Positions 20,761 through 35,613 of a stretch of 64,000 nucleotides of DNA are shown here, one piece after another. The number at the start of each line of letters is the position of its first letter. Position 1 is the first letter of the stretch. The translations under genes were made by a program, and so were the position numbers. Source of the DNA: Bacillota bacterium (lineage in GTDB: Bacteria; Bacillota; JAAYKD01); the NCBI GenBank assembly GCA_963666425.2, contig OY762825.2, positions 2,784,001 through 2,848,000 of the forward strand. Direction: 5' to 3'. The notes beneath the pieces are model-generated. The model did not search any database. It was not told where the DNA came from and saw only the letters and a program-made list of their open reading frames with translations.

Positions 20761-22611
20761 ATGGAGAGTGATACCTTGTTAAGAAATGATATTAGAAATG
20801 TTGCCATTATTGCCCACGTTGATCACGGCAAAACTACTCTGGTCGACGCCATGCTGCGGCAAAGTGGTATTTTCCGCGCGAATGAAGCAGTACAGGAACG
20901 CGTCATGGACTCCAATGATTTGGAGCGCGAACGCGGTATTACCATATTATCCAAAAACACCGCTGTCATGTACCGCGGCGTCAAGATCAATATTGTGGAT
21001 ACCCCCGGCCATGCCGATTTCGGCGGTGAAGTGGAACGGATCTTAGGCATGGTGGACGGCGTCATCCTGGTGGTGGATGCCTTTGAAGGTTCCATGCCGC
21101 AAACCCGCTATGTTCTGAAGAAAGCTTTGGAACATGGTTTAAAAGCTGTGGTCGTGATCAATAAAATCGACCGCAAAGACGCCCGACCTGTTGAAGTTGT
21201 GGATGAAATCCTCGATCTTTTCCTCTCTTTGGATGCGGAAGAAGATCAATTGGATTTCCCGGTAGTTTATTGTTCAGCCCGTGCCGGCGTGGCCGGGGTT
21301 CAGCTGAATGACATGCAGGATAATATTCAGCCGATTTTTGAAATGATTGTCAACACCATTCCCGCTCCCGACGGCGACGCGGAAGGTCCTCTGCAAATGG
21401 GGATCAGCACGCTGGACTATGATGATTATGTTGGCCGCATGGCGGTTGGCAAGATTATGCGCGGCACCGCCAGAGTCAATCAACAAGTAGTGGTCTGCCG
21501 TCCGGATGGCAGCATGAACCGCGGTAAGATCAGCAAACTCTATACTTTTGCCGGATTAAAGCGCAAAGAAGAAACCGAAGTCTCGGCAGGAGAATTGGTT
21601 TCCATTGTAGGTTTGGAAGACATCAACATCGGTGAAACCATCTGTGATCCGGATTTTCCGGAATCACTGCCGATGATGCCGGTGGATGAGCCGACCCTGT
21701 CGATGAACTTTATCGTCAATAACAGTCCTTTCGCCGGTCGGGAAGGCACTTATGTCACCACCCGGCATCTGCGCGACCGCTTAATGCGGGAGTTGGAGAA
21801 AAATGTTTCTCTGCGGGTGCGGGAAACCGATTCACCCGATTCTTATGAAGTCTGCGGCCGCGGCGAACTGCATCTTTCCATTTTGATTGAAACCATGCGC
21901 CGCGAAGGTTACGAAATGCAGATTTCCAAACCGCGTGTCATCACCAAAATCATCGACGGCGTTTTAGCCGAACCGATTGAGTACCTGGTGCTGGATTTGC
22001 CGGAAGAAACCATGGGACCCGTCATGGAATTGCTCGGCCCACGTAAAGCCGAAATGAAGAATATGCATCACCTCTCGGAAGGTCAGCTGCGCTTGGAATT
22101 TACCGTACCGGCGCGCGGTTTGATTGGCTTCCGTTCCGACTACCTGACACTGACCAAAGGCTATGGCATCATGAATCATGTTTTCCACAGCTTTGAAGCC
22201 TATAAGGGCGATGTCGGCAAACGCAGCCGCGGTGTTTTAGTTGCCTGGGAAGACGGCGAAACCACCGGTTATGCCCTGCATGCCCTGCAAGACAGAGGAA
22301 TTATGTTCCTCGAACCGGGAATTGAAGTCTATCGCGGTGAAATTGTGGGTGAGAATACCAGAGAAGACGATATCGACGTCAATGTCTGCAAGAAAAAACA
22401 TGTTTCCAATATGCGTTCTTCCGCCACGGACGAATCGATGCATATGGAACCGGCTAAAAAAATGACCTTAGAGCAGGCGATGGAATATATTGAAGAGGAT
22501 GAACTGGTGGAGGTCACTCCCAAGAACATCCGCTTACGCAAAAAGATTCTTGACCCAACCGCCCGTTACCGCGTCTCACAGGGCCATTCCGCTTCCAGAA
22601 TCAAAGAATAA
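20761..22611 (+). CDS. typA: Translational GTPase TypA/BipA
   Basis: [34 protein letters not shown] and [11 protein letters not shown] motifs. Confidence 0.97.
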   Translation: MESDTLLRNDIRNVAIIAHVDHGKTTLVDAMLRQSGIFRANEAVQERVMDSNDLERERGITILSKNTAVMYRGVKINIVDTPGHADFGGEVERILGMVDGVILVVDAFEGSMPQTRYVLKKALEHGLKAVVVINKIDRKDARPVEVVDEILDLFLSLDAEEDQLDFPVVYCSARAGVAGVQLNDMQDNIQPIFEMIVNTIPAPDGDAEGPLQMGISTLDYDDYVGRMAVGKIMRGTARVNQQVVVCRPDGSMNRGKISKLYTFAGLKRKEETEVSAGELVSIVGLEDINIGETICDPDFPESLPMMPVDEPTLSMNFIVNNSPFAGREGTYVTTRHLRDRLMRELEKNVSLRVRETDSPDSYEVCGRGELHLSILIETMRREGYEMQISKPRVITKIIDGVLAEPIEYLVLDLPEETMGPVMELLGPRKAEMKNMHHLSEGQLRLEFTVPARGLIGFRSDYLTLTKGYGIMNHVFHSFEAYKGDVGKRSRGVLVAWEDGETTGYALHALQDRGIMFLEPGIEVYRGEIVGENTREDDIDVNVCKKKHVSNMRSSATDESMHMEPAKKMTLEQAMEYIEEDELVEVTPKNIRLRKKILDPTARYRVSQGHSASRIKE

Positions 22612-22621
22612 TCGGAACTCA

Positions 22622-22669
22622 AAAAGTGTGTCCCCTGATTGTTTCAACGGGTGGACACGCTTTTCTTTT
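22622..22669 (+). terminator. Probable terminator after typA
   Basis: AAAAGTGTGTCC...GGACACGCTTTTCTTTT hairpin with a U-tract. Confidence 0.6.
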
Positions 22670-22747
22670 GCCCCTGACAGGATTTTGCCGGCTGCGAAGC
22701 GAATTTTAAATCAACGAGCTGTAAGACAACGGAAGGGATGGGATCGG

Positions 22748-27986
<5,239 letters not shown>

Positions 27987-28146
27987 TCCTGCTGCAAAGC
28001 AGCTTCATCGCTGTAAGAGGGCCATCTCGTTTTCAGAGATGACCCTTTTTTACAGGAACTGCAATCGATATCAGCGGTATTGCACAATGAAGGTATCGAT
28101 TGCAGTCTCTGTAAAAACTCGGAAAAAATCAACGGAGGGAACCGTT

Positions 28147-29061
28147 ATGAAGAATCATTTTGCCGAAATACAGGAATTAATACCGGAAATCCGCCTGCTG
28201 CAAAACGCATGTCTGGCAAATTTCACCAGCTTTCAATTTGGCGGTCCGGCCGATTTGCTGGCGGAACCAAGCACAGCGACGGAGATTGTGCGCTTGGTGC
28301 AATATGCAAACCAAAACGGCTTACCGTATCTGGTGATTGGCAAAGGCAGCAATCTGATTGTGCGGGACGGCGGCATCCGCGGTTTGGTGATAGTCTTGGC
28401 CGACCGCTACAGTAGGATAGAATTGCTGACGCAAACCACAATCCGAGCGGAAGCGGGCGCGCGGCTGATTGCTTTGGCGCGCTTTGCTTACGAACAGAGT
28501 TTGAGCGGTTTAGAATTTGCCTGCGGCATCCCCGGCAGCTTGGGCGGTGCGGTGGCGATGGATGCCGGTGCCTATGGCGGCGAGATGAAGCAAGTGGTGC
28601 AGCAAGTGACGGCGTTGGATCGAACAGGACAAATCATCCAACTCAGCAATCGGGAAATGAACTTTTCTTACCGGCATTCCACCGCGCTGGAGCAGCAGCT
28701 GATTGTTCTGAACGCCGAACTGGAGTTGACAGTAAAAGATCCGGCAGAGATCAAGGCGCAGATGGATGATTTGAGCGCCAAACGGCGCAGCAAACAACCG
28801 CTGCAGTATCCCAGTGCCGGCAGTGTTTTCAAGCGTCCGCCGGGGAATTTCGCCGGACCGCTGATTGAACAGGCCGGGCTGAAAGGCTATCGCATTGGTG
28901 ACGCCCAAGTTTCCGAACTGCATGCGGGGTTCATCATCAACCTTGGCCATGCTACGGCCAGCGACGTTTTACAATTGATTCAGCACATTCAAGAGACAGT
29001 CTACCGGCAGTCCGGCATCCGGCTGGAACCGGAAATACAAATCATTGGCGAGGAGATCTAA
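28147..29061 (+). CDS. murB: UDP-N-acetylenolpyruvoylglucosamine reductase
   Basis: GKGSNLIVRDGG, GIPGSLGGA, QPLQYPSAGSVFKRP and HAGFIIN motifs. Confidence 0.95.
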   Translation: MKNHFAEIQELIPEIRLLQNACLANFTSFQFGGPADLLAEPSTATEIVRLVQYANQNGLPYLVIGKGSNLIVRDGGIRGLVIVLADRYSRIELLTQTTIRAEAGARLIALARFAYEQSLSGLEFACGIPGSLGGAVAMDAGAYGGEMKQVVQQVTALDRTGQIIQLSNREMNFSYRHSTALEQQLIVLNAELELTVKDPAEIKAQMDDLSAKRRSKQPLQYPSAGSVFKRPPGNFAGPLIEQAGLKGYRIGDAQVSELHAGFIINLGHATASDVLQLIQHIQETVYRQSGIRLEPEIQIIGEEI

Positions 29062-30519
29062 ATGGCAAAACAAAAAAACAGCTGGAGTCTGCCGGGCAAT
29101 AAACAAACGGCCGCAGCCGGCAGCATGAGCTTCAGTGTGCATCAGCAGATAGAAATCACGGCCGATAACATTGGCATCAACGGGGAAGGGGTTGCCCGTT
29201 ACCAAAACCTGGCTGTCTTCTGCGACGGCTTGCTGCCGGGAGAAACCGCCAAAGCCGAAATCAGCGAGATCCATAAAACTTTTCTCCGGGCGAACCTTTT
29301 GGAAATCTTGCTCAGCTCGCCGCAGCGGCAGCAGCCACCTTGCCAATACTATGCGCAGTGCGGCGGCTGTCAGCTGCAGCATTGGCAGTATGAAGCGCAA
29401 ACAGCCTGGAAAGAACTGCAGGTGAAAGAACAACTGCGGCGTTTGGCTAAAATTGAACCCGAACTGCAGCCGATTTTGGCAGCAGAACAGCCCTATGCCT
29501 ACCGCAATAAGATTCAGATGCCAGCGGGTCTGCAGGACGGCAAAAAAGTGATTGGTTTATACGAAAATAACAGTCATCGCATTGTCGACATCAAACGCTG
29601 TTTGCTGCAGTCTCCTTTGGGCAACAAAGTGCTGCAAATTGTACGGGAAGAAATTTTTCAGAGCAAGATATCCTTTTATAACGAAACTGCCAACAGCGGT
29701 TTGTTGCGCCATATCATGATTCGCACCAACCGTGAAGACACGCTTGCTCTGCTGACACTCGTGATCAACGGACTGACCATTCCGGATGAAAAGCAAATGA
29801 TTGAAAATTTAGTGCAGCAGATTCCGGAACTGGGCGGCATTGTCTTAAACTACAACACAGAAAAAGGCAATACCGTACTGGGCGAAAAGAGCAGATTGCT
29901 CTGGGGCTTTGATACGCTGGAAGATCAGATTGGCGAGGCGACTTTTCTTGTTTCGGATCGCTCCTTTTTCCAGGTCAATCGCTTTCAAACCGAACGGCTC
30001 TATCAAATTGTGGCCGCCTATGCTAAAAAAGCAGACGCGGTTCGCTTGCTGGATGCTTACTGCGGCATCGGTTCCATCGGCTTATTCTTAGCCAAATGGC
30101 AAGGAAACGCAGAAATTAAGCCAAGTAATCTAGATTTAAAGCAGATTATCGGGGTGGAAATTGCTGCGGTGGCAGTTAAAGACGCGGAGAAAAACGCCCT
30201 GCAAAACCGGGTCAGCAATGCCAGCTACTATACCGGCAAATGTGAGGAAGTCTTACCGAAATTGGCGCAGCAGGGGATAACATTCGATTGCGCCGTTTTC
30301 GATCCACCCCGTCAGGGCTGCCAGCCGGAATTCCTGCAGGCAATTGCCAAAGCCAAAATCAATAACCTGATCTATGTCAGCTGTAACCCAAATACTTTGG
30401 CGCGCGACGTGGCGCTCCTGCGTGAACTGGGCTATGAAGTGATCACCGGCCAGGCAGTGGACATGTTCCCGATGACAACACATGTTGAGTGTGTGGTGTT
30501 AATGGAGCGCCGGGATTAA
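29062..30519 (+). CDS. rlmD: 23S rRNA m5U1939 methyltransferase RlmD (RumA)
   Basis: TRAM domain, CGGCQLQH, SFFQVN, LDAYCGIG, DPPRQG, YVSCNP and DMFPMTTHVE motifs. Confidence 0.95.
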   Translation: MAKQKNSWSLPGNKQTAAAGSMSFSVHQQIEITADNIGINGEGVARYQNLAVFCDGLLPGETAKAEISEIHKTFLRANLLEILLSSPQRQQPPCQYYAQCGGCQLQHWQYEAQTAWKELQVKEQLRRLAKIEPELQPILAAEQPYAYRNKIQMPAGLQDGKKVIGLYENNSHRIVDIKRCLLQSPLGNKVLQIVREEIFQSKISFYNETANSGLLRHIMIRTNREDTLALLTLVINGLTIPDEKQMIENLVQQIPELGGIVLNYNTEKGNTVLGEKSRLLWGFDTLEDQIGEATFLVSDRSFFQVNRFQTERLYQIVAAYAKKADAVRLLDAYCGIGSIGLFLAKWQGNAEIKPSNLDLKQIIGVEIAAVAVKDAEKNALQNRVSNASYYTGKCEEVLPKLAQQGITFDCAVFDPPRQGCQPEFLQAIAKAKINNLIYVSCNPNTLARDVALLRELGYEVITGQAVDMFPMTTHVECVVLMERRD

Positions 30520-30604
30520 TTCATGCATGCATCGCATGCAAATCATGGCGAAGCCACTTCATGACGCGAAGCGTCAATTAATGCGCGCCTCGCGCGCAAA
30601 TCAT
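30518..30604. repeat. Cluster of four mini-hairpins joined by AATTCAT-like linkers
   Basis: AATTCAT-GCATGC atc GCATGC-AAATCAT-GGC gaa GCC-ACTTCAT-GACGC gaa GCGTC-AATTAAT-GCGCGC ctc GCGCGC-AAATCAT. Confidence 0.75.
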
Positions 30605-30669
30605 TATCTTAGTAATTGGGTAACTCCAGCATATGGAGAAGATCTATGTGAAAAGAAGGAGTGTTTTTA

Positions 30670-30966
30670 ATGCAATACTTGGTCACCGGCTATGACTACA
30701 CTGACAAAGATGCTATTAACCGCAGGCTGTCGGTTCGAGAGGCGCATATGGCTGGAGTAGAGGCTGCGGTTGCTACCGGGCAGTTTTTATACGGGTTGGC
30801 ACTTTTGAATGAGGCTGAAAAAATGATTGGTTCGATCCTGGTTGTGAACTATTCCACTCGGGAGGAACTGGATGCTTGGCTTGCCATAGAGCCTTATGTG
30901 ACGGGTAAGGTGTGGGAGCGTATCGAAGTGGTTCCATGCCGTGTGGCCCCGATTTTCATGAAGTGA
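30670..30966 (+). CDS. YciI family protein
   Basis: RRLSVREAH, MIGSILVV and EPYVTGKVW motifs. Confidence 0.85.
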   Translation: MQYLVTGYDYTDKDAINRRLSVREAHMAGVEAAVATGQFLYGLALLNEAEKMIGSILVVNYSTREELDAWLAIEPYVTGKVWERIEVVPCRVAPIFMK

Positions 30967-31079
30967 TTCAAATGCATCCCCTCTTGAAAAAATAAATAAT
31001 TCAAGCATGATTATATCATTTTTGTCTACTATAGCCATGTGGTGTGTATGTTTATTCAACAGAAAAGAAGGGTAAATAG

Positions 31080-31433
31080 ATGTTATTCATGATGATTGTA
31101 AAAGCATCTACTAATTCAGAGGGCATTAACCTCCCTCAGCGGAAACTTGAAGCCATGATGGATCAATATAATCAAGATTTAGTGAATGCAGGTATTCGAG
31201 TAATGGCGAAAGGACTTCATCCCAGTTCTGAAGGAATTCGTTTTTCTCATGTTAAATCGGGTGAAGAGCCAATCGTAAGCTATGGTCCGTTTGAACCGAC
31301 GAAAGATGTTGTGGCAGGTTTCTTCTTGATTGATGTTAAAACGAAAGAAGAAGCTATTGAATGGGCTCGAAAAGTTCCGGACCCCATGGGTAATGGTGAA
31401 GGGCAAATCGAATTAAGACAAGTGTGGGAATAG
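31080..31433 (+). CDS. YciI-related DGPF-domain protein
   Basis: GLHPSSEG, YGPFEPTKDVVAGFFLI, EEAIEWA and IELRQV motifs. Confidence 0.85.
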   Translation: MLFMMIVKASTNSEGINLPQRKLEAMMDQYNQDLVNAGIRVMAKGLHPSSEGIRFSHVKSGEEPIVSYGPFEPTKDVVAGFFLIDVKTKEEAIEWARKVPDPMGNGEGQIELRQVWE

Positions 31434-31527
31434 ATAGAAATTGACAATAGTATTCGCCTTAAAATGCGGGTTTACAATAACAGAATAAATTTACGAAATT
31501 TCAAAACTTAAAAATACAAGGAGAAAA

Positions 31528-32859
31528 ATGCAATTTAAAGAACTAAACATTATTCCATCAATCCTCAAGGCTCTGGAAAACGAAAACTACATAATGCCTA
31601 CGCCAATACAAGAACAGGCAATCACACCCATTCTGAATGGCAGAGATCTGCTCGGATGTGCACAAACAGGCACAGGGAAAACAGCAGCATTTGCTGTTCC
31701 TATCTTGCAGCTTCTGAGCGCTAAGACTGAAATAAAAACTACCTCTCGGAAAATTCGAGCTTTAATCTTGACTCCGACAAGAGAGCTTGCTCTTCAGATA
31801 TTTGAAAGCTTTCGCACCTACGGACAATATACAGGCTTGCGCTACGGTGTCTTATTTGGCGGCGTTTCTCAAAAACCGCAAGAACATATGCTGCAAAATG
31901 GAGTTGATATCTTGGTGGCAACTCCCGGCAGACTTGACGATTTGTTTAATCAGAGATTGGTTGATTTAAGATCTGTCAGCATCTTCGTGCTGGATGAAGC
32001 GGACCATATGCTGGATATGGGTTTTATCCATGACGTTAAAAAAATCATCGCGAGAATTCCTGCAAAAAGGCAGACGCTGCTCTTTTCTGCCACAATACCG
32101 CTTGAAATTTTGAAAATGGCGAACTCTATCTTAGTCAACCCTGTCAAAATAGCCGTGACACCGGAATCCCCTGCCGTTGAGATGATTCAGCAGTCTCTTT
32201 ATTTTGTTGATAAGAAAAACAAAATGGATTTACTACTGCATATTTTGCAGGATAAATCGGTTACTTCTGCCTTGGTGTTTTCCCGGACAAAGCATGGAGC
32301 AAACAAGATTGTGCAAGAATTAACCTATGCTCATATTAAAGCGGATGCAATTCACGGCAACAAGTCTCAAAATGCGCGTCAATTAGCACTGGATAATTTT
32401 AAAAGTAAATTGACGCGTGTGTTGGTGGCAACCGACATTGCAGCACGTGGAATTGATATCGATGAGCTCTCCCATGTAATTAATTATGAACTGCCCAATA
32501 TTCCGGAGACATATATCCATCGCATCGGGCGAACCGGCAGAGCAGGGCTTGGCGGTGTAGCACTTTCTTTTTGTGATATCGAAGAGAAGCCCTTCCTCGC
32601 GGCGATTGAAAAATTAACCGGTAAGAATATCACTGTGGTGACGGATCACCCGTATCCCATGCTGATTACAACGGCCCCTCCCAAGGCTGCTAAGCCCAGG
32701 TATATACCACGGGAAACGGGAGTTGCTGCGCATCCAATGCGCGCAAGAATTTCAAACGGAGTGAAAACCGAACAGAAACATACTGAAATAAAAGCGGACC
32801 AGGGTAAAAAAGGCATCGACCCTACAAAAAAGAAATTTCATAATTACTATAAAGGTTAA
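31528..32859 (+). CDS. DEAD-box RNA helicase (RhlE-like)
   Basis: AQTGTGKT, PTRELA, DEAD, SAT and HRIGRTGRAG motifs. Confidence 0.93.
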   Translation: MQFKELNIIPSILKALENENYIMPTPIQEQAITPILNGRDLLGCAQTGTGKTAAFAVPILQLLSAKTEIKTTSRKIRALILTPTRELALQIFESFRTYGQYTGLRYGVLFGGVSQKPQEHMLQNGVDILVATPGRLDDLFNQRLVDLRSVSIFVLDEADHMLDMGFIHDVKKIIARIPAKRQTLLFSATIPLEILKMANSILVNPVKIAVTPESPAVEMIQQSLYFVDKKNKMDLLLHILQDKSVTSALVFSRTKHGANKIVQELTYAHIKADAIHGNKSQNARQLALDNFKSKLTRVLVATDIAARGIDIDELSHVINYELPNIPETYIHRIGRTGRAGLGGVALSFCDIEEKPFLAAIEKLTGKNITVVTDHPYPMLITTAPPKAAKPRYIPRETGVAAHPMRARISNGVKTEQKHTEIKADQGKKGIDPTKKKFHNYYKG

Positions 32860-32879
32860 GTTTTGTTATTTATAACGAT

Positions 32880-32935
32880 CTAAGCTACGATATTACGATT
32901 ACAACTCCGGTGGAGATGTTCGCGAGGAGAAGCAT
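32880..32935 (+). repeat. Weak degenerate fragment resembling an rlmD 3' region
   Basis: Translates SYDITITTPVEMFARRS versus GYEVITGQAVDMFPMTT in rlmD. Confidence 0.4.
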
Positions 32936-33068
32936 TTTTTGTGTGCCATGCAAACCGAGCCATTATATTCGTGAAGCAAGTACTATCAGATTTTTAGACA
33001 TTTCAAGGGAGAATGAAAACCCTAGAGAGAAACGATATAATGGAATTTTAGAGAAGGAGGCAGTAGTT

Positions 33069-33938
33069 ATGATGGATTTGGAACAGTATCAACTGATTCT
33101 TGAGTCTTCACCAAATATGATATGGAGGGCTAATCTAAGTACAGAATGTGATTACTTTAATAAAACATGGCTTAGATTCACCGGACGCACGATGGAAGAG
33201 GAGTATGGATTTGGATGGGCTAAAGGTGTGCATCCGGACGATTATGACAAATGTGTAAAAATTTATCTTGATAATTTTAAACTTCAGCATCCATTTGAAA
33301 TGGATTATCGTCTGAAAAGATATGATGGTCAATACAGATGGATTAATGATCTCGGGGTCCCTTTTTATGATAAGAATAATAATTTTATTGGCTTCATCGG
33401 CAGCTGCATGGATGTTACAGAGAAAATTGAAGGTCAACTACTCAAGGAGATGGCACAAAATGACAGCTTGTGCCAAACATATAACCGGCAGTATTCTCTC
33501 CAATTACTATCAGAGGTTTTCAACGAAGCGCTCAAAGCCGGGTTGCCACTTTGCGTTTTATTGATGGATATAGACGGATTTAAAATCATTAATGATAATT
33601 ATGGACATAGTTCTGGAGATATAGTTCTCGCAAAAGTTGCAGCCATAGCAAAAAGCGAGATGCGTGAATTTGATATTCTTGGGCGTTATGGTGGAGATGA
33701 ATTTGTAATTGGGTTGGTTCATACGAATTTTGAAGCAGCACTTATGCTCGCTGAACGTATCAGGACTGCAATTGCAGATGCTGAGATAGCTGTTCTTAAT
33801 ATAGCACCCATTAAGGTTAGTGTAAGCATCGGAGTGAGGTGTCTTCAGAGTGAAATGACTCTTGATGAACTCATCAACAATGCTGATAAAAAGTTATATG
33901 AGGCAAAATCAAAAGGTAAGAATACAGTCAAGGGATAA
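33069..33938 (+). CDS. PAS-domain diguanylate cyclase
   Basis: PAS_3 (YFNKTW, VHPDD), DIDGFKIIND, RYGGDEF and SVSIG motifs; AAGGAGG RBS. Confidence 0.92.
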   Translation: MMDLEQYQLILESSPNMIWRANLSTECDYFNKTWLRFTGRTMEEEYGFGWAKGVHPDDYDKCVKIYLDNFKLQHPFEMDYRLKRYDGQYRWINDLGVPFYDKNNNFIGFIGSCMDVTEKIEGQLLKEMAQNDSLCQTYNRQYSLQLLSEVFNEALKAGLPLCVLLMDIDGFKIINDNYGHSSGDIVLAKVAAIAKSEMREFDILGRYGGDEFVIGLVHTNFEAALMLAERIRTAIADAEIAVLNIAPIKVSVSIGVRCLQSEMTLDELINNADKKLYEAKSKGKNTVKG

Positions 33939-33939
33939 T

Positions 33940-34075
33940 ATGTTCCAGGGGGACGGGGGTGTTGGCACAGAGTTTCGGTAGCCTCGTTATGCTGAAAATC
34001 GAAAACACCGTCAGTATCAAACCTACAATTTGGTTAAACATGTCTCAGCAAGAAGATTAGGAACATTTAAACGTG
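33940..34075 (+). repeat. G-rich boundary motif copy 1 plus ~105 bp extension shared with copy 2
   Basis: ATGTTCCAGGGGGACGGGGGTGTTGGCACAG begins 2 nt after the DGC stop; near-identical to 35160-35295. Confidence 0.9.
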
Positions 34076-34113
34076 CGCGTCTTCGATCAGGCTCGGCGTT
34101 TTTTAGCCAACCT

Positions 34114-34264
34114 CTGATCTATATCAGCTGCAGCCAGAGCATAAAGGTGTGCGACGTTGCCTTCTGCATGAGCCAGGTTAAAGTGGTCACCAACCATGCA
34201 GTGGTATGTTCTTATGACGACACATGCGGAGTAAGCCGTATTGATGTCAAGGGTGCAGCGATAA
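34114..34264 (+). pseudogene. Degenerate copy of the rlmD 3' end
   Basis: ctgatctatatcagctgc...gtggtcaccaaccatgcagtggtatgttcttatgacgacacatgcggag aligns to rlmD 30367-30519 (LIYISC vs LIYVSC). Confidence 0.8.
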
Positions 34265-34303
34265 TTGGCATTCGTAAAATAGATAATAAGGGTGCGGTAA
34301 CAG

Positions 34304-35157
34304 ATGGATAGATATTTTGAGATAAAGAAACGCTTATTAAGTATTTGTATTAGCGATGACAACGTTTGTGCAGTAATTGCCATTGGTTCGTCTGTCAGAA
34401 ATTATTCAAGGCAGATGAGTATTCCGATATGGATTTGATTCTTGCGTGTAAAAACCCAGATGAATGGCTTTTTGGCGAACAGTCTGCTAAACTCGGAAAG
34501 ATCAAAATATCGTTTGTCGAACCAACACTCGGTGGAGGGTTGGAGCGAAGAATATTATTTGACGGTTCACTTGATGTTGACCTAATTGTATTTACTCCCG
34601 AACAGCTTGAAACAGCAATAATAAACGGAGTTGCCTCCGAAGTTATGAACCGAGGATATTCCGTGCTATATGACAATATTGGTATTACTGAAATCATTGA
34701 TGACAATGTTGAGATATGTGTTCCTCATGCTGTTATGACCGAAAACGAGTTTATTAATATGGTAGGTGATTTCTGGTTTCATACCATATGGTCATCGAAG
34801 AAAATACTTCGTGGGGAGTTATGGGCAGCAAAAATGTGCATTGACTCATATTTAAAGAACTATCTTCTGAAAATTATCGAACTATACGAAACTTCTTCTA
34901 AACAAAGCGATGTATGGCACAACGGTAGATTTCTTGAAAAATGGGCAGGAGAAGAAATAATTGAAGCGCTTGGTGCGTGTTTTGCTCACTATGAAAAAGA
35001 AGATATTGTTTCAGCACTTATAAACACGGCAATGCTTTTTGGTAAAATTGCTCGCAATGCAGCAGAACTATGCTGTTACGTTTATCCAGCTGAGTCTGAA
35101 GATTATGCCTGCTCGCTTTTGGAAGAGTATTTTCATCATACTGTAAATATCGTCTAG
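34304..35157 (+). pseudogene. Aminoglycoside 6-adenylyltransferase-like nucleotidyltransferase (AadK/AadE family), frameshifted near 34405
   Basis: ATG at 34304 gives MDRYFEIK...AVIAIGSSVR. ADEYSDMDL, KKILRGELW and VWHNGRFLEKWA continue in another frame. Confidence 0.75.
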
Positions 35158-35159
35158 CA

Positions 35160-35295
35160 ATGTTCCAGGGGGACGGGGGTGTTGGCACAGATTTTCGGTA
35201 GCCTGGTTATGCCGAAAATCGAAAACACCGTCAGCATCAAACCCGCAATTTGGCTAAATATGTCTTAGCAAGAAGATCAGGAACATTTAAACATG
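35160..35295 (+). repeat. G-rich boundary motif copy 2 plus extension
   Basis: Same 31-mer, beginning 3 nt after the preceding stop; direct repeat of 33940-34075. Confidence 0.9.
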
Positions 35296-35311
35296 CAAGC
35301 AGAGTAAAAAA

Positions 35312-35428
35312 GCACGCGACGATGCACCTTTGCGTGGGCTTGGTTAAAATAGTCACCGGCCAGGTAGTGGGTATGTTCCCCATGAAGATATATGTGGAGT
35401 ATGTAAAATTAATGTCGACGGTAGATAA
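35312..35428 (+). pseudogene. Degenerate copy of the rlmD 3' end
   Basis: gtcaccggccaggtagtgggtatgttccccatg translates IVTGQVVGMFPMKIYVEYVKLM versus VITGQAVDMFPMTTHVECVVLM in rlmD. Confidence 0.85.
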
Positions 35429-35613
35429 CATAAAAAAAGGAATTTGCAGTCTTTAGCAAGAACAAGAACAAAGCAATATTTCGATACTGGTAAGATCGTA
35501 ACCTGTTCAGTAGTGTTCTAATGGAATCTTCTTGTACTACAGATTAGTAATGGAGGTGAAATTGAGCAGCGGTATATCGGTATTGATAAGCACAAAAACA
35601 AAGGGGGAGCAAA

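Noticed and set aside
34030-35456. Small ORFs 34030-34311 and 35250-35456 as real genes
   Set aside because: They are chance frames across the repeat spacer and decayed rlmD tails.
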